Source of the DNA: an uncultured Anaerolineae bacterium
GTDB taxonomy: Bacteria; Chloroflexota; Anaerolineae; DAOTYC01
Assembly (NCBI GenBank): GCA_964589015.1
Contig: CAZPTF010000005.1
Location: 1-33,205 of the forward strand
Reading direction: 5' to 3'
Length of the DNA: 33,205 nucleotides
Shown: positions 8,345 through 16,813 of the stretch, piece after piece
Layout: every line of letters starts with the position of its first letter
Position numbering within the stretch: the first letter of the stretch is position 1
Notes under the pieces: model-generated
What the model saw: only the letters and a program-made list of their open reading frames with translations
Database searches by the model: none
What the model was told of the DNA's origin: nothing
Made by a program: the position numbers and the translations under genes

Positions 8345-10706
8345 GCCCGAGCAGCACGAGACCACCTGCCGTGGCGCTGGCGATTGCCACACCCAACCAG
8401 AACATGGGCTGCGCAAAATGGAATGTGACTGTGTGCCGCCCGGGCGTCACGAATACTGCCCGGAAAATGTGGTCCGCCCGATAGATCGGGACAGGTTGGC
8501 CATCGATTTTTGCCTGCCAGCCGGGATAATAACTGTCCGTGAGCAAGAGGAACCCCGCTGAACCGGTCTCGTACTCCACGGTGACATCGTTGTACGACAG
8601 AGAAACGATGTCCACTGTCTCTTCCGTGGACATACCATCCTGCGCTTGGTCCAACAACGCCACAGCGTCCGAATCCGCCAGCAGCACGACCCGCTCAAAT
8701 GGAAAGGTTGGATCTTCGAGCCGCTCAGGGGTCTCGGGCAACGCGTCGTGGACAATGAAAGCACGCGGCAACACGTGCGGATTCTCCCAGATGTGTATCG
8801 TGGGCGACGAGAACACCTCCTGCAACGGCCCGCTGAATCCAGCGGGTTCGCCTTCCGTCTGTTCGAGCACGTACTTGATGCCCGCGAGGTCATATAGCCG
8901 GGGATTGACCCTCGCCGCATCTCTGTATTCTTGCGCCCAGCGCAGCGTGAGAGAAGACGAGCCGCCGAAACTGGGTATGTGGTAGATCATGGGGAAATAG
9001 TGCCCCAGCATGTCGTTGGGATCCGCATCCTGATTGGTCGGATAGATTCGATAGCGCCCCACGTTTTCCTGGAGAAAGGCCGTGGATTCTCGTTTGTCGA
9101 AATAGGCGGCTGGCGCAACCGGATTGATTGCACTACCGCTGACGAGACAGAGATCGAAAGCAATGAGCACGATGGCAGCGGCTCTGAACCAACGACCGGA
9201 CAATCTACCGAATAGGAACAGGTATAGCAGCACGGCGCTCAGGTCCAGCACGAGCAGGAAATGGACGAGCGGGTTGATGAGAAACGGGACGGCGTTCAGC
9301 AGCAGATTGGAGGGTGGCACGTCGGGAAAGCGAACCAGGGCTTTCACCACCGTACGCAGGGTGAAGATCGCATAGCTGGGATACACATGGTCGACAAACC
9401 AGCTCGTCACGTCCATTATCTGGGTTTTGAGCACGAACACCCAGGGCAGCAACCCGGTCGCCACGGCAGCGAGGGCCAACAGGCCCCGTCCCAGGCGCCG
9501 CATCCCGCGTGACTGCTGCGCGCTCAACAGATAGTCGAACCCGAACCCGGCCAACATCGCCAGAGCGAGTGTCATCGGATACAGCCAGCGGGCCGGCACT
9601 CTGAACAGATTGTACAACGGGATATGCGCGATGAGGTGGTAGAGCGGAACCGCACGGCCCCAGGCCAGTACGACCGAGACGGGGAGCAGTATGCCGTAGA
9701 ACAACACGTCCTTCTCCCGCCGCCGGAACCAGGCCAACACGACCAGTACGAGTGGCAACAGCCCGATGTAGTTGTGATGTTCTTCGTAGAACGCCGGGCC
9801 GCGGTAGCCAATCGCCTGATTGCCCAAAAAATCGGGCACGAGGAACGACACCATGCGATACGGGGAGAGGGAATAAGACGTGACGAAGTCAAACCCCAGA
9901 CTCTCCGACAGCACGGAGAGCGACTTGAGTTGGTATGCCGGCAGCAATTGTGGCGCAGACAAAGCAACACCGATCCCCAGAGCCACCAACAGCAGCACAC
10001 TATAGCGCAGGCCCATCGCGACCGTTTGTTCTCTGTCGCCGCTACCCAGCAAACAAAACAGGCTATAGAGGTAATAGAATCCGACTACGGTCAACGTCAA
10101 CAGGATGAACTGGGGATGGGCGGTCAAAATAAACAAGGCGATGACGACACCCGTCAACACAGCGTAGACGTAACTGCATCGACGCAGGGCGATGAGAAAG
10201 AGCAACAGAATCAGCGGGAGCCAGATACTGGCAGTCAGGATACTGAAATTCGTGAGCTGGGCCATCAGGTAGCCACTGCACGCATAGACCAGTGCAGCAA
10301 CCACGGCGCCCGCTCCACTGATCCGCTGTGAGCGTGCCAGAAGATAAGTAAAGAGCCCTGCCAACACGTAATGGAGCACCACGAAGAGCGTCTGCGCGTA
10401 GTAGGGAGGGATAGACAGCAGAAACAGCAGATTGAACGGGTACAGCGGTCCTACTTCAGGCTCGGCCTGCAGGGGGTAACCGGCGAAAATATACGGGTTC
10501 CAGAACCCGTAGTCCCCCTGCCTCAACGTGTCCATAAAGTATATCTTTCCAGGGTAATGGAGAAACTCGATGTCCTGGTAATAGAACGTATAGGGCAAGA
10601 ATATGACGTCCCCGAAACATACAAGAATGGCAAAGACCACCAGGGCCATCAGTACCAAATCTTTACCATGTCGTTTCAGGAAACGCTTCAAACCTGAACT
10701 CGTCAT
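8289..10706 (-). CDS. YfhO-family multi-pass membrane protein (GT-C-like putative glycosyltransferase)
   Basis: N-terminal QDI..HYP, WNPYIFAGYP, LYPFN, FRVPARW; C-terminal LLLTDSYYPGWQAKIDGQPVPIYRADHIFRAVFVTPGRHTVTF is typical of YfhO proteins. Confidence 0.85.
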   Translation of the reverse strand: MTSSGLKRFLKRHGKDLVLMALVVFAILVCFGDVIFLPYTFYYQDIEFLHYPGKIYFMDTLRQGDYGFWNPYIFAGYPLQAEPEVGPLYPFNLLFLLSIPPYYAQTLFVVLHYVLAGLFTYLLARSQRISGAGAVVAALVYACSGYLMAQLTNFSILTASIWLPLILLLFLIALRRCSYVYAVLTGVVIALFILTAHPQFILLTLTVVGFYYLYSLFCLLGSGDREQTVAMGLRYSVLLLVALGIGVALSAPQLLPAYQLKSLSVLSESLGFDFVTSYSLSPYRMVSFLVPDFLGNQAIGYRGPAFYEEHHNYIGLLPLVLVVLAWFRRREKDVLFYGILLPVSVVLAWGRAVPLYHLIAHIPLYNLFRVPARWLYPMTLALAMLAGFGFDYLLSAQQSRGMRRLGRGLLALAAVATGLLPWVFVLKTQIMDVTSWFVDHVYPSYAIFTLRTVVKALVRFPDVPPSNLLLNAVPFLINPLVHFLLVLDLSAVLLYLFLFGRLSGRWFRAAAIVLIAFDLCLVSGSAINPVAPAAYFDKRESTAFLQENVGRYRIYPTNQDADPNDMLGHYFPMIYHIPSFGGSSSLTLRWAQEYRDAARVNPRLYDLAGIKYVLEQTEGEPAGFSGPLQEVFSSPTIHIWENPHVLPRAFIVHDALPETPERLEDPTFPFERVVLLADSDAVALLDQAQDGMSTEETVDIVSLSYNDVTVEYETGSAGFLLLTDSYYPGWQAKIDGQPVPIYRADHIFRAVFVTPGRHTVTFHFAQPMFWLGVAIASATAGGLVLLGLICFLRKRRAVSSSPTTF

Positions 10707-10883
10707 CAACTTCCTTTGGTCTCTCGCCGCGCTACGGGTATTTGGAGACAGAAAAGCCCGAGATCAGCAGCAGAAACACCATAGATTCGACTCATCGCGC
10801 CGCCTAATCGCGCAGACTGCCCTGATGCGGAATGACGCTTGCTCGTGCGCGAGCGTGTGCCGAGGCACCGGCACTCGCCCGTG

Positions 10884-10915
10884 GGCCTTCCCTTGCAGCG
10901 CCGGTAGGGAATGCC
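10884..10915 (-). terminator. Stem-loop right after the signal peptidase stop codon
   Basis: Imperfect inverted repeat GGCcTTCCCT...AGGGAAtGCC with no clear U tract. Confidence 0.35.
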
Positions 10916-10918
10916 GTA

Positions 10919-11458
10919 TCAGGAAGCCGGCCTCGTCGGCCATACCGAGAACTCGACCCGCCCGATGATATTGCCCACGGGTACCCCACCCCATTCGCGT
11001 GAATCGTTGCTCACGGAACGATGATCTCCCAGCACGAAGACGGTCCCATCCTTCACCGCAGCCGGTCCATACTCCTCCGCAGTCTGTTCGACCAGGTAAG
11101 GCTCCTCAAGGCGGGCATCGTTGACTGAGACGACCCCCTGGCGGATAGCCACACGCTCCCCGGGCAGTGCAATGACGCGTTTGACCACGACAGCCGCGGA
11201 GCTATCGGGCGATTCGAGGACAACGATATCGCCACGTTGCGGTGTCGCGAATCGATAGGCCAGGCGATTTACGAGCAGCACCTGCCCATCCTCCAGCGCA
11301 GGGGCCATACTGTCACCCTGCACGCGCACGAGCCGAACCACCACTGGGACAGCAACCAGAGTGGTCACGCAGATCACGGCAATCAGCGCCAAGTTGATTA
11401 AACAGCCACGACGTGATTTCCGAATGCGGGATGCTTCCTTCAATTCATAGTCCGACAT
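10919..11458 (-). CDS. lepB: Signal peptidase I
   Basis: One TM helix, VQGDSMAPAL (catalytic Ser), VKRVIALPGE (catalytic Lys), VLGDHRSVSNDSR. Start at ATG 11458 with RBS AGGAG; the ORF-track extension overlaps the upstream gene. Confidence 0.93.
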   Translation of the reverse strand: MSDYELKEASRIRKSRRGCLINLALIAVICVTTLVAVPVVVRLVRVQGDSMAPALEDGQVLLVNRLAYRFATPQRGDIVVLESPDSSAAVVVKRVIALPGERVAIRQGVVSVNDARLEEPYLVEQTAEEYGPAAVKDGTVFVLGDHRSVSNDSREWGGVPVGNIIGRVEFSVWPTRPAS

Positions 11459-11474
11459 GGCGCGACCCTGGCTC

Positions 11475-12320
11475 CTACCCGCTCTTCTCGGTCTTGATTT
11501 CTTCGTACACTTGATTGATCCCTGCCCTGAACTGCTGCTCCAATTTATCCTTCTTGCTATCCCGCACAGGAAAGGTGTCGAGCAGCTCGAGCAACTGGCT
11601 GTACGTTTCCGCCTTGCTGTGCCCGGCATTGTAGTGACGGCGCACGCCAGAGCGCACACTGCGCACAAATGCGGAAACCGGGATAGTCAGAGATCTATCC
11701 CCCGGCTGCCCATGCCCCGGCACCAACGTGTCAAAAGCCATACGGCGGATGCGGTTCAACGCACTGAGCCAATCCCTGGAACTGGCGTGGGACAGAATCG
11801 GGTACACCCCTTGAACCACAACGTCCCCTGTAAACAGAATGCTCTCCTGTGGCAAGTAGACGAGGACGGAAGACGAAGCGTGCCCACCGACATGCACGAT
11901 CTGGATGTTCTTGTCTCCCAGGAAAAGGCCCATGCGATCGGTGAGGGTCAATTTCGGCGGAATCAGACTGACGCCCTTCAACTCAGCATCACGCACCGCG
12001 TCACCCACCTGCATCGAATCGAGCAGCCGCTGGCGGAAGGCATCGCTATACCCGGTGATCTCCTTCCAACCGAGTTCGTGCCCGATAATCAAGCCCGCGA
12101 AAAACTGATTGCCCAGACAGTGTTCAGGATGATGGTCAGTGTTGATCACAAACCGGATCTCCCCGCGGACCACGTCTTTTATCGTCTCGGCCCACGCACG
12201 TGCGTCCCACGGCATCATCGGCGGGTCAATCAATACCGCCCCTTCGTCTGTGACAATCAGTCCGACATTTCCACCCGGAAAACCGGTTTCGACATAAACG
12301 CCAGGCCCAATTTCTTGCAT
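11475..12320 (-). CDS. MBL-fold metallo-hydrolase (cyclase-like subgroup)
   Basis: GNVGLIV, LIDPP, variant metal motif TDHHPEHCLGN, GGH, FTGD, VPGHG. Confidence 0.85.
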   Translation of the reverse strand: MQEIGPGVYVETGFPGGNVGLIVTDEGAVLIDPPMMPWDARAWAETIKDVVRGEIRFVINTDHHPEHCLGNQFFAGLIIGHELGWKEITGYSDAFRQRLLDSMQVGDAVRDAELKGVSLIPPKLTLTDRMGLFLGDKNIQIVHVGGHASSSVLVYLPQESILFTGDVVVQGVYPILSHASSRDWLSALNRIRRMAFDTLVPGHGQPGDRSLTIPVSAFVRSVRSGVRRHYNAGHSKAETYSQLLELLDTFPVRDSKKDKLEQQFRAGINQVYEEIKTEKSG

Positions 12321-12343
12321 TTTAGCGATTTCTCCTCCGGACG

Positions 12344-13561
12344 CTATTGAGAAGGTGCCATTTTCAGCGATAGAACGGCCTGATCCAGAGCCGCTTCAAC
12401 CTGATCGGTCCGCGAACCGCCACCCTGAGCCATGTTTGGCTGTCCTCCCCCGCCACCACCGATGAGCCGGCAGGCTTCCTTCAGGATGGGACGCACATCT
12501 ACCGGTACATCGTCGGAGCGGGCCACAATCAATTGGACACTGTTGCCATCCACATAGGCCAATACCACAGCGGTCGCGGGATACCCCATCAGCCGGACCG
12601 CCAGATGTTTTGCCAGCAGCGGACCCCCATCGTCCAGCACCGTCCGGACTATGCGGACTCCCCCCGCCACCTCGGCGCTTGCGCGGAGTCTTTCGGCCTC
12701 GAACTCCAAGAATCGCTCGTTAGCGCGCCGGAGCGTTTGCTGGCACTCCTTGAGCTCGTCCTGCAAGCGAGACACCGCCTCGGCCAACTCAAAATCGCCC
12801 ACGCTAAGCCCCGCAGAGACTGCATTGACCAGCTGGTTCTTTCTTCGCGCATCACGCAACGCGCGCCCACCGCAGACGAAATCGACGCGCATAGCGGTGC
12901 CCTTCCGCTCGATCTTGCGCATCAGAATGAGCCCGACTATCCCCGTGCTCCGTCAGTGCGTCCCTCCGCAGGGCGAGTAGTCCACATCTCCGACCTGCAC
13001 GATGCGAATGGGCCCCGAGACTGCGGGCGTCTTGCGCAGTGGCAGGCGCGCCACGGCATCCCGGTTCACGAAGCGCGCTTCCACCGGTAGATCGGCGAAC
13101 ACCAGCTCGTTGGCGCGCTCTTCGACCGCCTCCCACTCCGCGGGCGTCAGCGGCCCATGCGCAATGTCGATGGTCAGTGCATCCTCGGTCAGATGGAACC
13201 CCACCGTCTCGGCATCGAGCAACGCCTCGAAGACATGCGAGAGAATGTGCTGTCCGGTATGCTGCTGCATGTGATCGAACCGTCGGGTCCAATCGACTTG
13301 ACCCACAGCGATTTCACCCTCCAGTTGCCGGCTGAGCACGTGAACGACCGCCTTGTCCTCTTCCCGCTCCACCACATCCACGACGGGAAGGCCATTCAAC
13401 GTGCCGGTATCATGCGGCTGTCCGCCAGAAGTCGGGTAGAATGCCGAACAATCCAGCACCACGCCCCAGTTCTCGCCCATTGGGAACTGCTCGACGATCC
13501 GTGCTTCGAACGAAGTCAGGTCTGCATCCCGATAGTACAGCCGGCTCTGTGCCACATCCAT
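12344..13561 (-). CDS. AlaX-type alanyl-tRNA editing protein with C-terminal DHHA1 domain; one in-frame TGA (candidate selenocysteine, otherwise a nonsense pseudogene)
   Basis: ORFs 12953..13579 and 12344..12922 are one reading frame: RLYY, FYPTSGGQPHDTG, QHTGQHILS (HxxxH), SPCGGTH-TGA-RSTGIVGLI, FVCGGRAL, GGGGGGQPNMAQGGG. About 405 aa if read through; RBS GGGAG upstream of ATG 13561. Confidence 0.88.
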
Positions 13562-13592
13562 CACGACGATTTCTCCCAAACCAGTGAGCGGA

Positions 13593-15497
13593 TCAACCTG
13601 TGAAGTGGGGCAAGAAGCCGGAGATCAGCCACACCCCCAAACCCAAGAACAACAGGGCGGTCAACAGCTTGACAGTGGCCGTATGCCGTTCAACAACACG
13701 TGCCAGATCGCCCGAAGACACGCCAAAGAAGGCCAGCAGAAATACGGCGATCAAAGGCACCACAAAGGCCACATTATAGATGAGCAGATAACCGAACGCC
13801 TGCCCGCGCAACGTCGGGTGGCTCAAAGCGGATAGAATAACCACGTAAACCTGTCCGGTACACGCCAATTCGATCAGCGACACGACGAAACCGGTCGCAA
13901 ACGACACGAGCACAAACGCCTGCACGCCGGATCCTTCGCGAATCACACGGTTGATCTGGCGGCGCATGGCTGCCGGCAGTTTGAGCTGCATTTGCTCGAC
14001 TTTGCCACGCCGCGCCTTGAAGTAATCGGTCAGGTTGATCGCAGCCAGCACCAGGCAAAGCACAGCCACGACTATGTAGAAGTAACGGCCCCACCTCGTG
14101 ATGTCAATCGCTTCGAGCACCTGCAACAGGCCAAGCCCCAACAGGAGATAAGCCAGGAAGACACCCAGTGTGAATGCAATCCCGCTAAAAACCAGCTCCC
14201 GTCCCTTGCGCCCAACGAACGCCAGGTAAGCGACGAAGAACACGATGGTCGCGAATGCACATGGGTTCACCCCATCGACCAGACCGGCGCCGACAACGGC
14301 TGCCACACTGATATTCCGGAACAGTCCCGCAACCGCATCGCCGCTCTTGCTGGCTTCGAATTGTTCCCAGGTCGCCTCCGCACCCGTCTCTTTGAGTTTA
14401 TCGAGAATCGGTGTGAGATTCTGCACGGTGATGGCGCTTTCGAGGAGATAGTCGGTGCCGACGAACACAACCGGCGTGACGAGCAGCTCCGATTCCGGGA
14501 GACCGTACTTCTCGCCCAGCCATTTGGCCAACGCGGCCTGCTTGACTACATCGAATTCAATGATAGCCAGATTAGGATAATCGGTCTGCTGCAGGTAGTT
14601 GAGCACATACTTGGCCCGGTCACATTCGGTACAACCCACTTCGTAGAAATAGGCCATGTGGATGGGCCTGGCGGAATTCACGTTAGAGGCCAGTGCGGTC
14701 GTCACAGTGGCCGAGGTCGCCGGAGTATTCGTGACCGGCACCACGGGAGATGTACTTGCAGCCACGGTACTTACCGGTGAAGCCGCCGGCGTGACGACCG
14801 CGGTTGCAGTCGCCTTTGCCGTGTTTTCCGTCTCGTCTGTGGCCACTGCATCGGTCACAGTCGTCGGGCGCGCTGTCGCTACGACTGTAGAGTCATCCGT
14901 GGGCCCCGCAGACGGCGGCTCGTTGGTCGCGGTAATTGTGTCCGTCACTATTGGGGCTGAGGCAGCAGCGGTGGCCTCGATATCGGCGGGGGTAAAGACC
15001 GGAGAGTTGAGCGTCTCCGTGAACGGCACCGTCTCGGTAACGGTCGCATTGGTCTCTGCGGCCGGCTCCTCCCAGACAATCATCTCCAGCAGTTGTTCTT
15101 CGGTCGGCATCAGAAACCCGCCCGCATCCAGCAGTTTCTGTACCTCTTCCTCGAGATAATCCCCAATGGAGTTGGATCCGATCAGAACACTGTTACCGAC
15201 AAAGATCTCCGGCACACCGGCTTTTTCCGGAGGCACCCGGTAAATCGCCTCCAGCACCAGGCCGGTCTTGAAATCCTCCGGGATCGAAAGATTGAGGGGA
15301 ATGACATTGAGCTGATCGCCGAACTTCTCCTGAATCGGCGGAAGTATCTCTGTCCTGACCACGTGACAATGGGGACAGGTTTCGGAATAGAGCAAGTATA
15401 TATCGACGACTGGTTTGTCTGCAAACACGATGGAAGGGAGGGATAGAACTGACGCCAGCACCACAGTGAACAGGCATTTTGTGATTCTATGAGACAT
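13593..15497 (-). CDS. Exported double thioredoxin-like domain protein fused to a CcdA/DsbD-type transmembrane redox domain
   Basis: Signal peptide; CPHC and CTEC motifs separated by a Thr/Ala/Pro-rich linker; membrane domain with DGVNPCAF and ELACTGQVY cysteines; GGAGG RBS before ATG 15497. Confidence 0.85.
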   Translation of the reverse strand: MSHRITKCLFTVVLASVLSLPSIVFADKPVVDIYLLYSETCPHCHVVRTEILPPIQEKFGDQLNVIPLNLSIPEDFKTGLVLEAIYRVPPEKAGVPEIFVGNSVLIGSNSIGDYLEEEVQKLLDAGGFLMPTEEQLLEMIVWEEPAAETNATVTETVPFTETLNSPVFTPADIEATAAASAPIVTDTITATNEPPSAGPTDDSTVVATARPTTVTDAVATDETENTAKATATAVVTPAASPVSTVAASTSPVVPVTNTPATSATVTTALASNVNSARPIHMAYFYEVGCTECDRAKYVLNYLQQTDYPNLAIIEFDVVKQAALAKWLGEKYGLPESELLVTPVVFVGTDYLLESAITVQNLTPILDKLKETGAEATWEQFEASKSGDAVAGLFRNISVAAVVGAGLVDGVNPCAFATIVFFVAYLAFVGRKGRELVFSGIAFTLGVFLAYLLLGLGLLQVLEAIDITRWGRYFYIVVAVLCLVLAAINLTDYFKARRGKVEQMQLKLPAAMRRQINRVIREGSGVQAFVLVSFATGFVVSLIELACTGQVYVVILSALSHPTLRGQAFGYLLIYNVAFVVPLIAVFLLAFFGVSSGDLARVVERHTATVKLLTALLFLGLGVWLISGFLPHFTG

Positions 15498-15560
15498 TAA
15501 GACCTCCGACAGATTCACAGAGTGTATGTCTGGCCGAGCAGAAGGCATCGTCCATTTTTC

Positions 15561-15607
15561 ATTATACTACACTTTCGCTTTTGTTGAAACTCAGTTTGTG
15601 GTATAAT
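15561..15607. promoter_or_regulatory. Divergent promoter pair
   Basis: TATAAT on the minus strand at 15566-15561 (ccdA-alaX-MBL-lepB run); TGgTATAAT on the plus strand at 15599-15607 (GT4 operon). Confidence 0.65.
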
Positions 15608-15613
15608 CGAATT

Positions 15614-16810
15614 GTGAGCGAAACGAGCAATCCTGCGGGAACATCACATCGGTTGCGACGCATTGGTTTGAATGCACAGCTTCTCTCGCTGGCACCCAAT
15701 TACCGAAGTGCCGGGATCAACCGCTACATCTACAATATTCTGACCCACTTGTCCAAACACGAAGGGGAGTACTTTTTCAGCGCTTTTCTGAGCGACAAGC
15801 ACTTCCAGAGTAGCGGAAGTCTGGAACGGTTGATATCACGGTGGCCGACAGCTAAACCTCCAGTGCGGATCTTCTGGGAGCAAATCGTGCAACCGTGGAT
15901 AGCCGTGCAACAGGGACTGGACTTACTACATTCGCTGGCATTTGCAGTGCCGTTTTGGGCACCTTGCCCGTCGGTGGTAACCATATACGACCTGAGTTTT
16001 TTGCGTTACCCGGAAAAATTCCGCCGCGGCAACCGGCTTTATCTCAGCCAATTCGTACGGCTTGCCGCCAAGCGGGCCAATCACTTCATCGTGATCTCGC
16101 GGAATACTGCGCGGGATACGTCCGAGCTGCTGGGCGTGGCCCCCTCCAGGATAAGTGTGACTTACTGCGGAGTGGAGGATCGCTTCCACCTGTGGCCAGC
16201 GGATGAAGTGGACCAGTTTCGGCGCAAGAAAGGGTTGCCGCAGCGGATGATCCTGTACCTCGGCACGATAGAGCCGCGTAAGAACATCGGCACGCTCCTC
16301 AAAGCATACCACCACCTGTTGTCGAAGACGGGCTCATTTGAGTCTGCGGATGAAAACACGCCACGACTGGTGATCGCTGGAGGAAAAGGCTGGGAGTGGG
16401 AGGAGGTTTTCGCCCTGGTGGAAAAACTGGAACTGCACAAGTTGGTTGTGTTTCCGGGCTTTGTACCAGACAGCGAGTTGCCCCTGTGGTATAATGCCGC
16501 CGAGTGCTTCGCCTATCCGTCCCGATACGAAGGCTTTGGACTTCCGGTGTTGGAAGCGATGGCTTGCGGGACGCCGGTCATCGCTTCTGACGCAGCATCG
16601 CTGCCGGAAGTAGTCGGTGATGCCGGGTTGCTCCTTCCTCCGGACGACGTCGAAGGGTTAGCCGATGCCATGAGACAGGTACTGACCGATGACGCATTTA
16701 AGGAGCAGCTGCGCCAGCAAGGCTTGTACCGCGCGTCGCATTTTTCCTGGGAGGAAACAACGCGCCAGACCCTGTCTGTCTATGACCGTGTACTGGCCCA
16801 TGGAGGTTGA
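15614..16810 (+). CDS. Glycosyltransferase family 4 (GT-B)
   Basis: [49 protein letters not shown]. Start uncertain; GTG 15614 lies just downstream of the -10. Confidence 0.93.
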   Translation: MSETSNPAGTSHRLRRIGLNAQLLSLAPNYRSAGINRYIYNILTHLSKHEGEYFFSAFLSDKHFQSSGSLERLISRWPTAKPPVRIFWEQIVQPWIAVQQGLDLLHSLAFAVPFWAPCPSVVTIYDLSFLRYPEKFRRGNRLYLSQFVRLAAKRANHFIVISRNTARDTSELLGVAPSRISVTYCGVEDRFHLWPADEVDQFRRKKGLPQRMILYLGTIEPRKNIGTLLKAYHHLLSKTGSFESADENTPRLVIAGGKGWEWEEVFALVEKLELHKLVVFPGFVPDSELPLWYNAAECFAYPSRYEGFGLPVLEAMACGTPVIASDAASLPEVVGDAGLLLPPDDVEGLADAMRQVLTDDAFKEQLRQQGLYRASHFSWEETTRQTLSVYDRVLAHGG

Positions 16811-16813
16811 TGA

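Noticed and set aside
12953-12955. Genome-wide UGA reassignment (Trp/Gly) as the explanation for the alaX TGA
   Set aside because: lon, GT4, ymdB, tal and others end at TGA at expected lengths, and no other gene here has an internal TGA.
14650-15070. Repetitive-looking Thr/Ala/Pro-rich DNA, also at about 4980-5280
   Set aside because: Low-complexity protein linkers, not tandem DNA repeats or a CRISPR array.
15610-15631. lac-operator-like AATTGTGAGCG
   Set aside because: Only a half-site match, it overlaps the probable start codon, and there is no symmetric half or vector context; treated as coincidence.
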